This document shows, piece by piece, positions 37,525 through 47,238 of a stretch of DNA of 64,000 bases (position 1 is the stretch's first letter; the number at the start of each line of letters is the position of its first letter). The stretch is from Candidatus Latescibacterota bacterium (lineage in GTDB: Bacteria; Latescibacterota; UBA2968; GCA-2709665). The stretch covers positions 448,001 to 512,000 of the forward strand of contig CBDDDZ010000002.1 in the NCBI GenBank assembly GCA_965226795.1. The letters are read 5' to 3'. A program made the position numbers and the translations under genes. Under the pieces are notes generated by a model. That model had not been told where the DNA came from. It ran no database searches and worked only from the letters and a program-made list of their open reading frames with translations.

Positions 37525-38502
37525 ATGAGTATACCGGTTGCGGTCGGCATTCTGGCGGTGTGTTTCGTGGTTCTTGCCAAGTGCGCTTCGTGGTTTGTGG
37601 ACGGAGCGGTGGGGATTGCCGAATATCTGAATGTTCCGAAGATGCTCATCGGCATCGTGCTGGTGAGCCTGGCGACGACCTCACCCGAACTGGCCGTGTC
37701 CGTTCTGTCCGCACTCGAGGGGCATCCGGAGATGGCGCTGGGCAATGCCGTCGGTTCCGTGATTGTGGACGACGGCGTTGCGCTGCCGCTGGGCGTCCTC
37801 GTGGCAGGGACGCCGATTCTCATCAATCCATATTTGTTACGGACGACCGGGATATTTCTGATCGTCGTGGATTTGGCCGCGTACGCGATGGCGTTTGACG
37901 GGCGCCTGGGGCGCGCCGAGGGAGGGGTACTGCTACTGCTGTTCGTGGCGTACACGGTTTTTGCATATGTGACGCGTCGTCGATCTTCCGAGGCAGAGGG
38001 GAACCGGCTGGAGGAACTGCAGGAGATCGAGGCGTCAATTGAGGGACGCGGTCTGGGGATGCTGCTGCTCTGGTTTTGCGTGGGGCTGGTCGGCGTGATG
38101 ATATCCAGTCATTTTATCGTGGGATCCGCGGTGGCCATCGCCTCGGAGCTGGGCGTCAGCGAAGCGGTAGTTGCGCTTACGGTTATTGCTATTGGCACGT
38201 CGTTGCCGGAGATCGCCACCGGCGTGACGGCAGCGCGGGGGGGACATGGGGAGATCGTGGTAGGCAATATTCTGGGCGCGGATATCCTGAATATCTGCTG
38301 GATCGCAGGGGCATCCGCAGTGGTGAATCCGCTCGTGGTGGCGCCCAAAGTGATCCATTTTTCGTTTCCCGCCATGCTGGCGATTGTATTGGCGATGCTC
38401 GTCATGATGCGCACAGGCCACCGCCTGACCCGAATCGAAGGTTTCGTGCTGCTGGCGGTATACGGGGTGTATTTGACTTTAACGGGGATATTGTTCTTTT
38501 AG
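37525..38502 (+). CDS. Calcium/sodium antiporter (YrbG/CaCA family)
   Basis: ATTSPEL..GNAVGS and GTSLPEI..GNILGA alpha-repeats. Confidence 0.88.
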   Translation: MSIPVAVGILAVCFVVLAKCASWFVDGAVGIAEYLNVPKMLIGIVLVSLATTSPELAVSVLSALEGHPEMALGNAVGSVIVDDGVALPLGVLVAGTPILINPYLLRTTGIFLIVVDLAAYAMAFDGRLGRAEGGVLLLLFVAYTVFAYVTRRRSSEAEGNRLEELQEIEASIEGRGLGMLLLWFCVGLVGVMISSHFIVGSAVAIASELGVSEAVVALTVIAIGTSLPEIATGVTAARGGHGEIVVGNILGADILNICWIAGASAVVNPLVVAPKVIHFSFPAMLAIVLAMLVMMRTGHRLTRIEGFVLLAVYGVYLTLTGILFF

Positions 38503-38511
38503 GGGATCATT

Positions 38512-39546
38512 ATGGCCGGGATTTTTGTGACCGGTGGCGCGGGGTTTATCGGTTCGAACTTTGTTCGGTACTGGTTGTCCAAATATCCGGATGACAGAGT
38601 TGTAAACTACGATTTGCTCACGTACGCCGGAAATCTCGATAACCTTTCCGACGTGGTGGAAACATATCCCGGCAGGTACGAGTTCGTCCACGGCGATATC
38701 GGCAACTATGAGTTGACTCGAGATCTTTTCGAGCGGCACAGGCCGGATTATATCGTGAATTTCGCCGCCGAGTCCCACAACAGCCGTGCGGTCGTGAATC
38801 CGGACGTTTTCTACGAGACGAACGTGCTGGGGACACAGCGCTTGCTCCGGGCGGCTTACGACGCCAGAGCGCCCCGGGTTCACCATATTTCAACGTGTGA
38901 GGTCTACGGGGACCTGCCCCTCGATTCGGAGGCAAGCTTTTCGGAGACCGACCCTTATCTGCCGCGTACGCCTTACAACGCATCCAAAGCGGCGGCGGAT
39001 CTGGCGGTCCGGGCGTACCATCATACCTTCGGGCTGCCGGTCACGATTTCCAATTGTGCGAACAACTACGGGCCCTACCAGTTCCCCGAAAAGGTGGTTC
39101 CTCTCTTTGTCACTCAGGTTCTGAACAGGAAGAAGATGACGCTCTACAGGAGCAGCCGGAACAAACGGGAGTGGCTCCATGTGGTGGACCATTGCAGGGC
39201 CATCGACCTGATCCTGAAACGAGGCAGGGTCGGAGAGACGTACAATATCGGCAGCGGTTTTGAGGTGGACGTCGAGACGATTGCAGACACGATTCTGGAT
39301 GTACTCGGGCTGGAGGGATCATCCAAGGTATACGTTCCGGACCGACCCGGACACGATCGCAGGTACCTTCTGGATTCGAGCAAGTTACGCACCCAACTCG
39401 GATGGCGCCCCGAAGTTTCTTTTGAAGATGGGTTCAAAGAAACAATACTCTGGTACACTGACAATCGTGCCTGGTGGGAACCCCTGCTGAAGCGCCTCGA
39501 CGTGGACGAAGAAGGCTGGACGCAGGTGTCGTCCCGGCACTCCTGA
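38512..39546 (+). CDS. rfbB: dTDP-glucose 4,6-dehydratase
   Basis: TGGAGFIG, LTYAGN, FAAESH, YNASK, NNYGPYQFPEK, DRPGHDRRY. Confidence 0.93.
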   Translation: MAGIFVTGGAGFIGSNFVRYWLSKYPDDRVVNYDLLTYAGNLDNLSDVVETYPGRYEFVHGDIGNYELTRDLFERHRPDYIVNFAAESHNSRAVVNPDVFYETNVLGTQRLLRAAYDARAPRVHHISTCEVYGDLPLDSEASFSETDPYLPRTPYNASKAAADLAVRAYHHTFGLPVTISNCANNYGPYQFPEKVVPLFVTQVLNRKKMTLYRSSRNKREWLHVVDHCRAIDLILKRGRVGETYNIGSGFEVDVETIADTILDVLGLEGSSKVYVPDRPGHDRRYLLDSSKLRTQLGWRPEVSFEDGFKETILWYTDNRAWWEPLLKRLDVDEEGWTQVSSRHS

Positions 39547-39585
39547 TCTGAAATACGCGTCGATTTCTCCGGGAAAGGAAGTTGG

Positions 39586-40158
39586 ATGCCATTCCGGTTT
39601 CAAAGGATGGGAATTCCCGAACTCATTCTGGTCGAACCCCGGGTTTTCGAAGACAACCGCGGCTTTCTGATGGAATCCTATAAGAGGTCTGATTTTGAGG
39701 CGAACGGGATTTCCGCCGAGTTCGTGCAGGATATCCACTCCCATTCGGTCCGGCGCGTTCTGCGGGGGTTGCACTACCAGCTGAACCCCAGGGCACAGGG
39801 CAAGCTGGTCCGTGTCGTGAAGGGCGAGGTGTTTGACGTGGCCGTGGATATCCGCAGGAACGCACCCACCTTCGGACGGTGGGAAGCGGTTGTGTTGTCG
39901 GGCGCCAACTTCAGGATGTTCTACGTCCCCGAGGGTTTTGCGCACGGGTTCTGTGTGTTGAGCGACGAGGCCGAGTTCGTGTACAAGGTGACCGCGGAGT
40001 TCGCACCGGATCTCGACCGGGGCATTGTTTGGGACGATCCGGCCATCGCCATCGATTGGCCGGTTTCCAATCCAATACTCTCAAGGAAGGACCTGGAACT
40101 CCCCCCGCTGGCCGACGCCGAGAGGAATTTCATCTACGACCCTGGAGCGGGTGTCTGA
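39586..40158 (+). CDS. rfbC: dTDP-4-dehydrorhamnose 3,5-epimerase
   Basis: FEDNRG, VLRGLHYQ, QGKLVRV, FDVAVDIR, GFAHGF. Confidence 0.95.
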   Translation: MPFRFQRMGIPELILVEPRVFEDNRGFLMESYKRSDFEANGISAEFVQDIHSHSVRRVLRGLHYQLNPRAQGKLVRVVKGEVFDVAVDIRRNAPTFGRWEAVVLSGANFRMFYVPEGFAHGFCVLSDEAEFVYKVTAEFAPDLDRGIVWDDPAIAIDWPVSNPILSRKDLELPPLADAERNFIYDPGAGV

Positions 40159-40180
40159 GAACGAAGGGGACGCGACACCC

Positions 40181-40444
40181 CTGGCGTGGGCGGACATTCT
40201 CAACATGGAGAATTATCTGGATGTTTCTGAGGCGATTGTGAACGGCGCCCTGGTGCGAAAAGAGAGCCGGGGATCGCACTACCGCTCGGATTTTCCGGAG
40301 AGAGACGATCGTGCCTATCTCTGCGATTTCGTTGTTACAAAGGACAGGCCGACGCCCGTAAGCCGTGAGGTTGTGTTGACTCGTATGAAACCGGACTTAG
40401 ATAGGTCATTAACGACGCACGAAATTGCTAGAAGGAAAACGTGA
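40181..40444 (+). pseudogene. C-terminal fragment of SdhA/FrdA/NadB-type flavoprotein
   Basis: ALVRKESRGSHYRSDFPERDD motif with no FAD-binding N-terminal part. Confidence 0.75.
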
Positions 40445-40784
40445 CGACAGGGTGCCGTTTGCGGACGAACCGAAAAGAGTTTTCGTTCACGGGGCCGTAC
40501 AAATTTGGAAACGACGCAATTAGAATGGAATGTTTCGAGTAAACCGAGGGGATTATCTCAGGTATCGATGTTTGGAACAGCGTCTTACCTTGAGAGTTAT
40601 ATTACGCTAAGGATCGCATGGGCAGTTTTCTCGTAAATCCTCCAAAACGCTGTGGAATCCTACGACTATGTTGATTCAGTCGCCAATAATCAGAAATCAA
40701 TCGTACCCTTGAAGAGTTATTTCATTAAATTTCCCCCAATACCGTGTCTTGCGAAAATGTACATCTACAATAAGGGAAGAGGTT

Positions 40785-41267
40785 CTAACTTATTCGATCT
40801 GCACTGAATTTAATGCGACGTAACCGCATCGTAAGAACGGTATGCCTAACTACGCTCACCTCAGATTCAATTGAAGCCAGCAGTCCTGTAATCATCTCTA
40901 GTAACTCGCCGATGAGACGAACTTCGACCTCCAAATCTCTTTTTGCCTGATTTCGAATCCTGATTCGAGAAATAGTGTAGCCCAAACCAAACATAATTAC
41001 TACTGTGAGTCCGAAAACACTGACTGTTAAACCAATGGTCGACATTTCGATATTCGCCTTTATGTATAGCAACGCGCCACCCAATATGGTCAAATAGGTA
41101 GCGGAAAAAACTGCCAGATACTGACCTCGAGAGGAGACGATAGATTGCTCAAGAGTTTCGATTCGTGCCGAAATCTCTTCTGCAAGGTCAATGAGTTCTT
41201 CTACTTCACGAAGCCTAGCTGCGGGATCAAATTTGTGTCCTTGTTGGTGTCTGCCGCTTGTGTTCAT
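40785..41267 (-). CDS. Hypothetical 2-TM protein with flanking helical/coiled-coil regions
   Basis: Two hydrophobic segments (YLAVFSATYLTILGGALLYI; IGLTVSVFGLTVVIMFGLGY); TGATG coupling to the GTPase; low GC. Confidence 0.75.
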   Translation of the reverse strand: MNTSGRHQQGHKFDPAARLREVEELIDLAEEISARIETLEQSIVSSRGQYLAVFSATYLTILGGALLYIKANIEMSTIGLTVSVFGLTVVIMFGLGYTISRIRIRNQAKRDLEVEVRLIGELLEMITGLLASIESEVSVVRHTVLTMRLRRIKFSADRIS

Positions 41268-42145
41268 CACTTCCTCTTACCATAGCATAAACTAGCTAAG
41301 TTGCACAACATGTGCTTTAACAAGGCACGAGCGGATTCATCGCCTCCGATTTCTGTATTATGCATTCTGCCATTCCACTCGAAGTTTTCCTGCCAAGAAC
41401 ACACGGGCGCCGCTGAAACTTTGAAATTCCCGCGGCCCACTTTATCAAGCATCTTGTTAAGTATGTCTGTGAATGGGCTCTCTAGCCTTGGATGGTAGTA
41501 GCGTTGTACTTCGTTGATTTCATTTACGAAGAGGTCTGCTTTATTTACAGCAATGAACATCCAATTTGGTCGTCTACAACGAGTATATGACTCCTGAATT
41601 CGGTCGCAGATTTTGGCGAAATCTTCGCGTTCCTGATTTAAATTGAACTCACGCAAATCCTTGATTGTGCTGAGTCCGTTTTTAGTTATATACTCTTCGC
41701 GAACAACCTGATCCCTTTCTCTGGTAAATCCCCAATCTACTACATAAACTACACCCTCAAGTTTATGATGAGAGCTAAATGCTTCATGTATCCCCAGATC
41801 CCGTTCCTGGATAGTGTCGCCGGGGACAATTCTGACGATTCGCGTCCATCTGCCAACTCGTAGGAGATGGCTCTCAACGTCACGGGAACGTTCGGGTTGC
41901 TCCCAAGCCCAGTCTTTATCCGCTAGCTTTATCCTTTCTACAAGAATTGACTTCCCAACACCTGATCGCCCGGTCACAACGATATTGGTTTTTCCTGAGC
42001 CGACATGATACATTAGCCAGAGCCACCCATAATGAAGCAGATGACGATGTTTGTACGCAGTCCACGGTAGTTTAATAAACCTCGGGATTAGATCGCTCCA
42101 CGCCTCATTGGCCTCGTGTAGGGCGGTTTTAGTGTCCTTCAACAA
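41267..42145 (-). CDS. TRAFAC-like P-loop GTPase domain protein
   Basis: G1 GRSGVGKS, degenerate G3 (IVPG), VVYVVD strand, G4 NKAD, G5-like CS; TTG start after GAGGG (ORF extends to 42196). Confidence 0.75.
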   Translation of the reverse strand: MLKDTKTALHEANEAWSDLIPRFIKLPWTAYKHRHLLHYGWLWLMYHVGSGKTNIVVTGRSGVGKSILVERIKLADKDWAWEQPERSRDVESHLLRVGRWTRIVRIVPGDTIQERDLGIHEAFSSHHKLEGVVYVVDWGFTRERDQVVREEYITKNGLSTIKDLREFNLNQEREDFAKICDRIQESYTRCRRPNWMFIAVNKADLFVNEINEVQRYYHPRLESPFTDILNKMLDKVGRGNFKVSAAPVCSWQENFEWNGRMHNTEIGGDESARALLKHMLCNLASLCYGKRK

Positions 42146-42492
42146 CGGTCTTCCCTCACTGTGTGTCCCGCAGTTCTTGAGAGAGCCCAAATGCATTTCT
42201 TAGAATAACTGACGGAGTCTCTCGTGTGAATATATGGTAAGACAATCCTCTATGCGAGTAATGCTGTACTTGGCGATTAATCGGCTAACAGGGATATCCA
42301 TATGCAGGCCTCTAAGAACCTATAGCAGGGGAACGGACTTCATGACATCCGTCGTCGTCGAAGGCGCGGAGAATCAGATCCAAATTGGTACGTAGGGGGC
42401 CTTGACGCAATTGATATCAGGGGGTTTTAATAAATCCACCTCACAAGACCTAATGAAAATGCCCGTAACAGGTTTGTCCCTTCATGAATTCC

Positions 42493-45321
42493 TCAGGATC
42501 CGATTTTGCCAACCTCTGCCCTCCCGTATTTCCGTAGGATATCCTTGATGTCCTCAGGGCTATAGGAAACGTCGGAAACCCACCGCCCGAAGCCCCCGTG
42601 CTGGTTGACGGCATGGGTCCACTGTTCCAATGCACGGCGCTTGGCGCGGCTCTGTTCGTCCGGCTGTCCCTTCGTCTCCAGAACCAGTAGATTCCCTGAC
42701 TTCAGACGGATGATGAAGTCAGGACGGTACTTTCGGACCACTCCCCTATAAACGTAAAGCACCTCAAATCCCAGGTGGTCGTTCTTGACCCATGCATCAA
42801 CTATGGGGTTGTGGTCTAACTCGAACGCTTCCGACGCTTCCCACGTGCTGTCGTACACGCACATGTTAATGTGGCTACGCTCAGAGACGTGGCACGGCTT
42901 GCCGGTGTACCAGGTCGCCACGTTGGCAGTCGAACGGATAGGATGGTCACGGTCAAAGACAGGCTCAAGCCTCTCCGTGTTCTCGATACGTACAGCGTCC
43001 CAAAGGTGCTGCACCACCTTTGTCATATTGAGAGTGATGATGAGCCGCCGAGCAGTGTCGTCCTGGTAGAACAGTGGTGGCGTGATATCAAGTCGATCAG
43101 TTAAGAGAAACTGCTCGACAAGCTTCACCAACTGGGCAATGAGAGACTCCCTGCTGCCCGACCAGGAAGTCTGCATCTGGTCGTAGACATCCCGTGCCGT
43201 TTCGAAGACGATTTTCTGTGTTCTGTACTCTCTCGCTAGCGCTTCCAGGTCAATGCTGGTCACCTTGGAGACGTCGGGTTTCCCGTCCACTATGGGAGCA
43301 AGTTCGGCGACCTGAGCCGTTTCGCTGGCATTGAGGTGAAGAAACTCGACTCGTCCCCAATCCAGAGAAAGGCGTGGCCGGTATACGTGCTCGATGCGAA
43401 TGACGTTGGGCCATTTGATTTCAAACGCAGCTTTTTCGGTCACCGGCTCAATGGCAGTTTTTGGACTTGGAGGTTTCGGCGCTACGCTGCCGTCTGACTC
43501 GTGAGGCAGGAAGGTGAAGGGCACCCCAAATATGTTTACGTACTCCGGCTCGAAAAGGCCGGTCTTGTCGTTCACCTCGTAAGTCGTACGGCGAAGGCCC
43601 CGGCCCACCACCTGCTCACACAGCAATTGGCTGGTGAACGCTCGGAGTCCCATAATGTGGGTAACGGTCTTGGCGTCCCAGCCCTCGGAGAGCATCCCCA
43701 CCGAGATGACGTTCTGTATCTTCTCGCCGGGCTGCCCCGGTCGCCCGACGGTATCCACCATCCTCCTGAGTTGCTCAGCCCTCTGGTCTGCGGTAAGCCT
43801 CAATGACTCAACTCCATTTCCAGATTTGTTTTTATCGTCCGCTTTGATCTGAGCTATCGGCTCCTCTGACTCCTCAGCCCGCTTGAGTACGCCGGAGTCA
43901 ATGTGCAGGGTCTGCTTCTCATTGCAGAGTTCGTCGATCAAGATACGCTTACGGTCAAAGGCGTGCTTGATTCGTGCCGCCGTCTCGGTCCGATTGGCAA
44001 CGGTGATCATCACTGGCGGTGTTTCTTGCTTTGATTTTCGCCACTCTTTGGCAGCCTCTCTCCAGTCGTAGCCAAGCAGGTAATACCCATTGGTCACCAG
44101 ATCAGGTAGTGGCTCGTGGGGCTGCGCACGCCGATTCAAGTCGTCTTTCACATCCGCGTCGTTATATATGTGGTAAAGACGGGACTTGTAGGTCCTTGCA
44201 TCGGGCACTGCATCGTCGCGTATTACTACACGGGGTGTCTTTACCAAGCCCGATTCAATGGCGTCGTTCAGTCCAAAGTCGCTCACGATCCAGTTGAAAA
44301 GGGCCTCATCTGAGCTTTTCTTGCCTGATGGTGCAAAGGGTGTGGCAGAGAAGTCGTAGCAGGTGAGAATGTTGCGCGCACGGTGAATCCGGTCTAATCC
44401 TCCCACCCACTTGGTCGCTTCCTCAATATCGGCCTTGGCGACGCCCTTGACCTTCGACTCGGCCGGAACACGCCAGGCGTGGTGCGCTTCGTCGTTGACG
44501 GCGAGCAGGTTTCGGGCTCCGGCCATCTCGCCCAGCACCTTGCGTACATAGGCCTCGTCGCTCTTGGCTCCTCGTTTGTCCACGCTACGTTTTCTGGCAA
44601 TCTGTTCATCTGTCTCCCAGTTGAGGGCATGCCAGTTGCGTACCATTACCTTTCCTTGGCGGAGTCGATCCAATAAAGGTGAGGGCACGATATGGAAAGC
44701 CTCGTAGTAGTTTTCGGGATTGGATGGTTCCAGGACCGCGAGGCGGCTTCTGACGGTGAGACCGGGGGCAACGACCAGCACATTCTTGGCAAAGCGGTTG
44801 TCCTGGGGATAGGCGACCTTGTTGAGAATGTGCCACGCGATCACCATAGCCATAACTACTGTTTTACCGGTTCCCGTCGCCATCTTGGCACATAACCGGC
44901 GGAACTCGCCGCCGTCACCGGGAATCTCTATCCCCACCTTTTCACTATCGGGCGCTTCAGTCAGCCAAATCAGCGTCGCTACGGCCTCGAGTTGGCAGAA
45001 GAAGAACCGCCGGTTCTCGAACTCTTCCGAGTCCGTCCAATGCTCCAAAAGGCGTTTGGTGATTGCTGTCACGCCAGGATAGCTGGCTTCTCGCCATGAC
45101 TTTACACGTGGCCGAATCTGATTGACCAGAGGGATTTCAACGAACACACCCGGGTCGTCGAAGGTCTTGGAGTCCGCCGACGCAATGAGGTAACCCGCAG
45201 ACCGACGACCCTCCGATCGTGAGAACGTCCGCCTCTCCCGGTTATAGCTCCAGTGCTCCGCTGGTTCAGCATAAGGCCCATTGATGATGAGCCGGTCTAT
45301 TGCGGCCTGTTCTTCAACCAT
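42493..45321 (-). CDS. res: Type III restriction-modification Res subunit (SF2 helicase + PD-(D/E)xK nuclease)
   Basis: KMATGTGKT, DEAHH, SATP, EGWD, QVVGRGLRR, YRPDF..LETKG. Confidence 0.92.
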   Translation of the reverse strand: MVEEQAAIDRLIINGPYAEPAEHWSYNRERRTFSRSEGRRSAGYLIASADSKTFDDPGVFVEIPLVNQIRPRVKSWREASYPGVTAITKRLLEHWTDSEEFENRRFFFCQLEAVATLIWLTEAPDSEKVGIEIPGDGGEFRRLCAKMATGTGKTVVMAMVIAWHILNKVAYPQDNRFAKNVLVVAPGLTVRSRLAVLEPSNPENYYEAFHIVPSPLLDRLRQGKVMVRNWHALNWETDEQIARKRSVDKRGAKSDEAYVRKVLGEMAGARNLLAVNDEAHHAWRVPAESKVKGVAKADIEEATKWVGGLDRIHRARNILTCYDFSATPFAPSGKKSSDEALFNWIVSDFGLNDAIESGLVKTPRVVIRDDAVPDARTYKSRLYHIYNDADVKDDLNRRAQPHEPLPDLVTNGYYLLGYDWREAAKEWRKSKQETPPVMITVANRTETAARIKHAFDRKRILIDELCNEKQTLHIDSGVLKRAEESEEPIAQIKADDKNKSGNGVESLRLTADQRAEQLRRMVDTVGRPGQPGEKIQNVISVGMLSEGWDAKTVTHIMGLRAFTSQLLCEQVVGRGLRRTTYEVNDKTGLFEPEYVNIFGVPFTFLPHESDGSVAPKPPSPKTAIEPVTEKAAFEIKWPNVIRIEHVYRPRLSLDWGRVEFLHLNASETAQVAELAPIVDGKPDVSKVTSIDLEALAREYRTQKIVFETARDVYDQMQTSWSGSRESLIAQLVKLVEQFLLTDRLDITPPLFYQDDTARRLIITLNMTKVVQHLWDAVRIENTERLEPVFDRDHPIRSTANVATWYTGKPCHVSERSHINMCVYDSTWEASEAFELDHNPIVDAWVKNDHLGFEVLYVYRGVVRKYRPDFIIRLKSGNLLVLETKGQPDEQSRAKRRALEQWTHAVNQHGGFGRWVSDVSYSPEDIKDILRKYGRAEVGKIGS

Positions 45322-45377
45322 GCTTTTTTTCTCTTATAGAGCGACCTTAGGGTGCCTGTGAAAGCCACTACGATTTG

Positions 45378-45911
45378 CTAAATCCTATCGTGGGCTTCTT
45401 GTGAGGTAAGGATTTCCGCGCCTTGGGGGCGCAGTTTCTTGGAATTCCTTAATAGACGCTGACGTCTTGTGGGGTCTCCGCGTTCCCTTTCAGGACCAAT
45501 AACGATGTGGACCTCGTCATTGGAAATAAGTACCGTCCCTTGGGATAAAGCGACATAGACGAATATACAGTCAAGGGCTTCAGACTTTTCAATGATGACC
45601 TTTCGTATAGCCTTCATCAGCGTGTCAGTCCAATTGATCGTAATTCTCAAACGAGGCGCATCTCGTATCCAATAACGCAGAATGTATACCTCGTTTCGCA
45701 AGTCGTCAGTATGTCGAATTATGGGTCCGATACGATCGTTATATTCTCCTGAGATGCGTTTTCCATCATCAATTAGCAGTGCGACGCGTTGCGCCATGAG
45801 ATGTACCAACAGCGTATTTATGTGTCCATCGACGTTGATTTGTGGATTCAGCAGATGCTCGAAGATGTTGGTGTCTATGCTCAAAGCATCCCGAAACGTT
45901 GGGGTCGTCAT
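45378..45911 (-). CDS. PIN-like domain protein (putative RNase)
   Basis: PIN acidic pattern: SIDTN, SGEY, LDCIFVYVA, LISND; ATGA overlap with upstream ATPase. Confidence 0.65.
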   Translation of the reverse strand: MTTPTFRDALSIDTNIFEHLLNPQINVDGHINTLLVHLMAQRVALLIDDGKRISGEYNDRIGPIIRHTDDLRNEVYILRYWIRDAPRLRITINWTDTLMKAIRKVIIEKSEALDCIFVYVALSQGTVLISNDEVHIVIGPERERGDPTRRQRLLRNSKKLRPQGAEILTSQEAHDRI

Positions 45912-47227
45912 TTCCCTGCCCCAAGCTGCAGACCTTCTAAAATGTCTGCTCCGAAGAATTCCATTGGCAAACCGGCTTCCATCGAACCATCCTCGTTGAC
46001 GTCCAGATTCTTGACGATGGGCATGTTGTGGTTGCTATCGTCGAAGGTAAAGAAAGCCACCGATACGTCATCCGGTGAGAGCTCTCCATTGGCTATCACA
46101 CGTCGCAACCTGAGAAGCACGTTGCTACTATGGGTTTCTATAACTGAACCCACATTCCGCCGCTTCCAGAGATCGGCAAAGAAGCTACCCAGTTCCAGTT
46201 GCGCTGTGGGGTGAAGCTGAGCTTCCGGCTGCTCCACCATCAACGTAGTATAGCGAGGCATGATAACGCCTTGAACAAAGATGGGAAGGCATTGGCTGAC
46301 GCCAAATCCGTAGTCAGCGATATGTACATCCGCCTCGGTAGTAATGTTCTTCGCGAAAGCTTGACTAACGTATCCTGATAAAGCCTTGAAATTGACTTTG
46401 TCTATACCTGCCACGCTTCTAAGGTACGGCACTATGAACTCGTATGCTTCCTGGTTCTCAGATGTTATTTTATGCAGATGTGCCAAAGCAAATTCACCCA
46501 TTGTGCCCACATTATCAACAGGGGGAGGAGATACGACAGCAACTCGCTGCGGTTCAGTTCTAACTGGGAGAAGATGCCGTAGTGAATCGATTTGATGCTT
46601 TAGCGTACCAATCACTTGCAACTCTATAGCATATCGCAAGAAAGACGTCGTACGTTGTTCCATCAGTTCAATTAACTGTTCGTGTGATCCGGCGAAGTCA
46701 TCTGGACTTGGGAATGGTTCCGCCAACTCAGGGTCAGACGCATGTTGTCCAAAGACTGAATCATCTAATATCTTCGAGTCAATCCGAAGGAGGGTTTCAC
46801 CTGAGGTCTCATCGGACAAACAGAAAGATGCTTCGCCGATGCTAGCCTTTCTGCCATACGAAACGCTGGCGCTGGCCCTGTAGACGAGCCTGTTGCCGTC
46901 AAAGTCTTCAGGTAAGTCTAGATCCGTCAATAGCGTCTTGTTTGGCCGGATGTTCGTATTCTTCGCTGCTAGCTCAAACCTGAGACTCCTTTTCCTCGTC
47001 ACCGTGTTCTTCAGCGCCGAGAATACTCCCAAATTGACCTTATCGCCTTCTGCGGTGAGGAACTGAGACCTGGCGGAGTCCATCGACTGCTGCAACATAA
47101 GCAGAAACTTTATGATCGACGACTTCCCTGAACTATTGCGGCCTATGAGGACAGTAATGGGTCGGAACCGAATCTTGACTTCATCGTCGAAAACTCTAAA
47201 GTTTGAGAGCTTTAGGACTGTTAGCAT
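45908..47227 (-). CDS. ABC-type (AAA_15/AAA_21-like) ATPase with DUF3696-like C-terminus
   Basis: LSNFRVF, Walker A GRNSSGKS, signature variant GFGVSQ, Walker B/D-loop MVEQPEAQLHP, H-loop IETHS; ATG 47227 after GAGGGA. Confidence 0.88.
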   Translation of the reverse strand: MLTVLKLSNFRVFDDEVKIRFRPITVLIGRNSSGKSSIIKFLLMLQQSMDSARSQFLTAEGDKVNLGVFSALKNTVTRKRSLRFELAAKNTNIRPNKTLLTDLDLPEDFDGNRLVYRASASVSYGRKASIGEASFCLSDETSGETLLRIDSKILDDSVFGQHASDPELAEPFPSPDDFAGSHEQLIELMEQRTTSFLRYAIELQVIGTLKHQIDSLRHLLPVRTEPQRVAVVSPPPVDNVGTMGEFALAHLHKITSENQEAYEFIVPYLRSVAGIDKVNFKALSGYVSQAFAKNITTEADVHIADYGFGVSQCLPIFVQGVIMPRYTTLMVEQPEAQLHPTAQLELGSFFADLWKRRNVGSVIETHSSNVLLRLRRVIANGELSPDDVSVAFFTFDDSNHNMPIVKNLDVNEDGSMEAGLPMEFFGADILEGLQLGAGK

Positions 47228-47238
47228 TACTATTTCCC

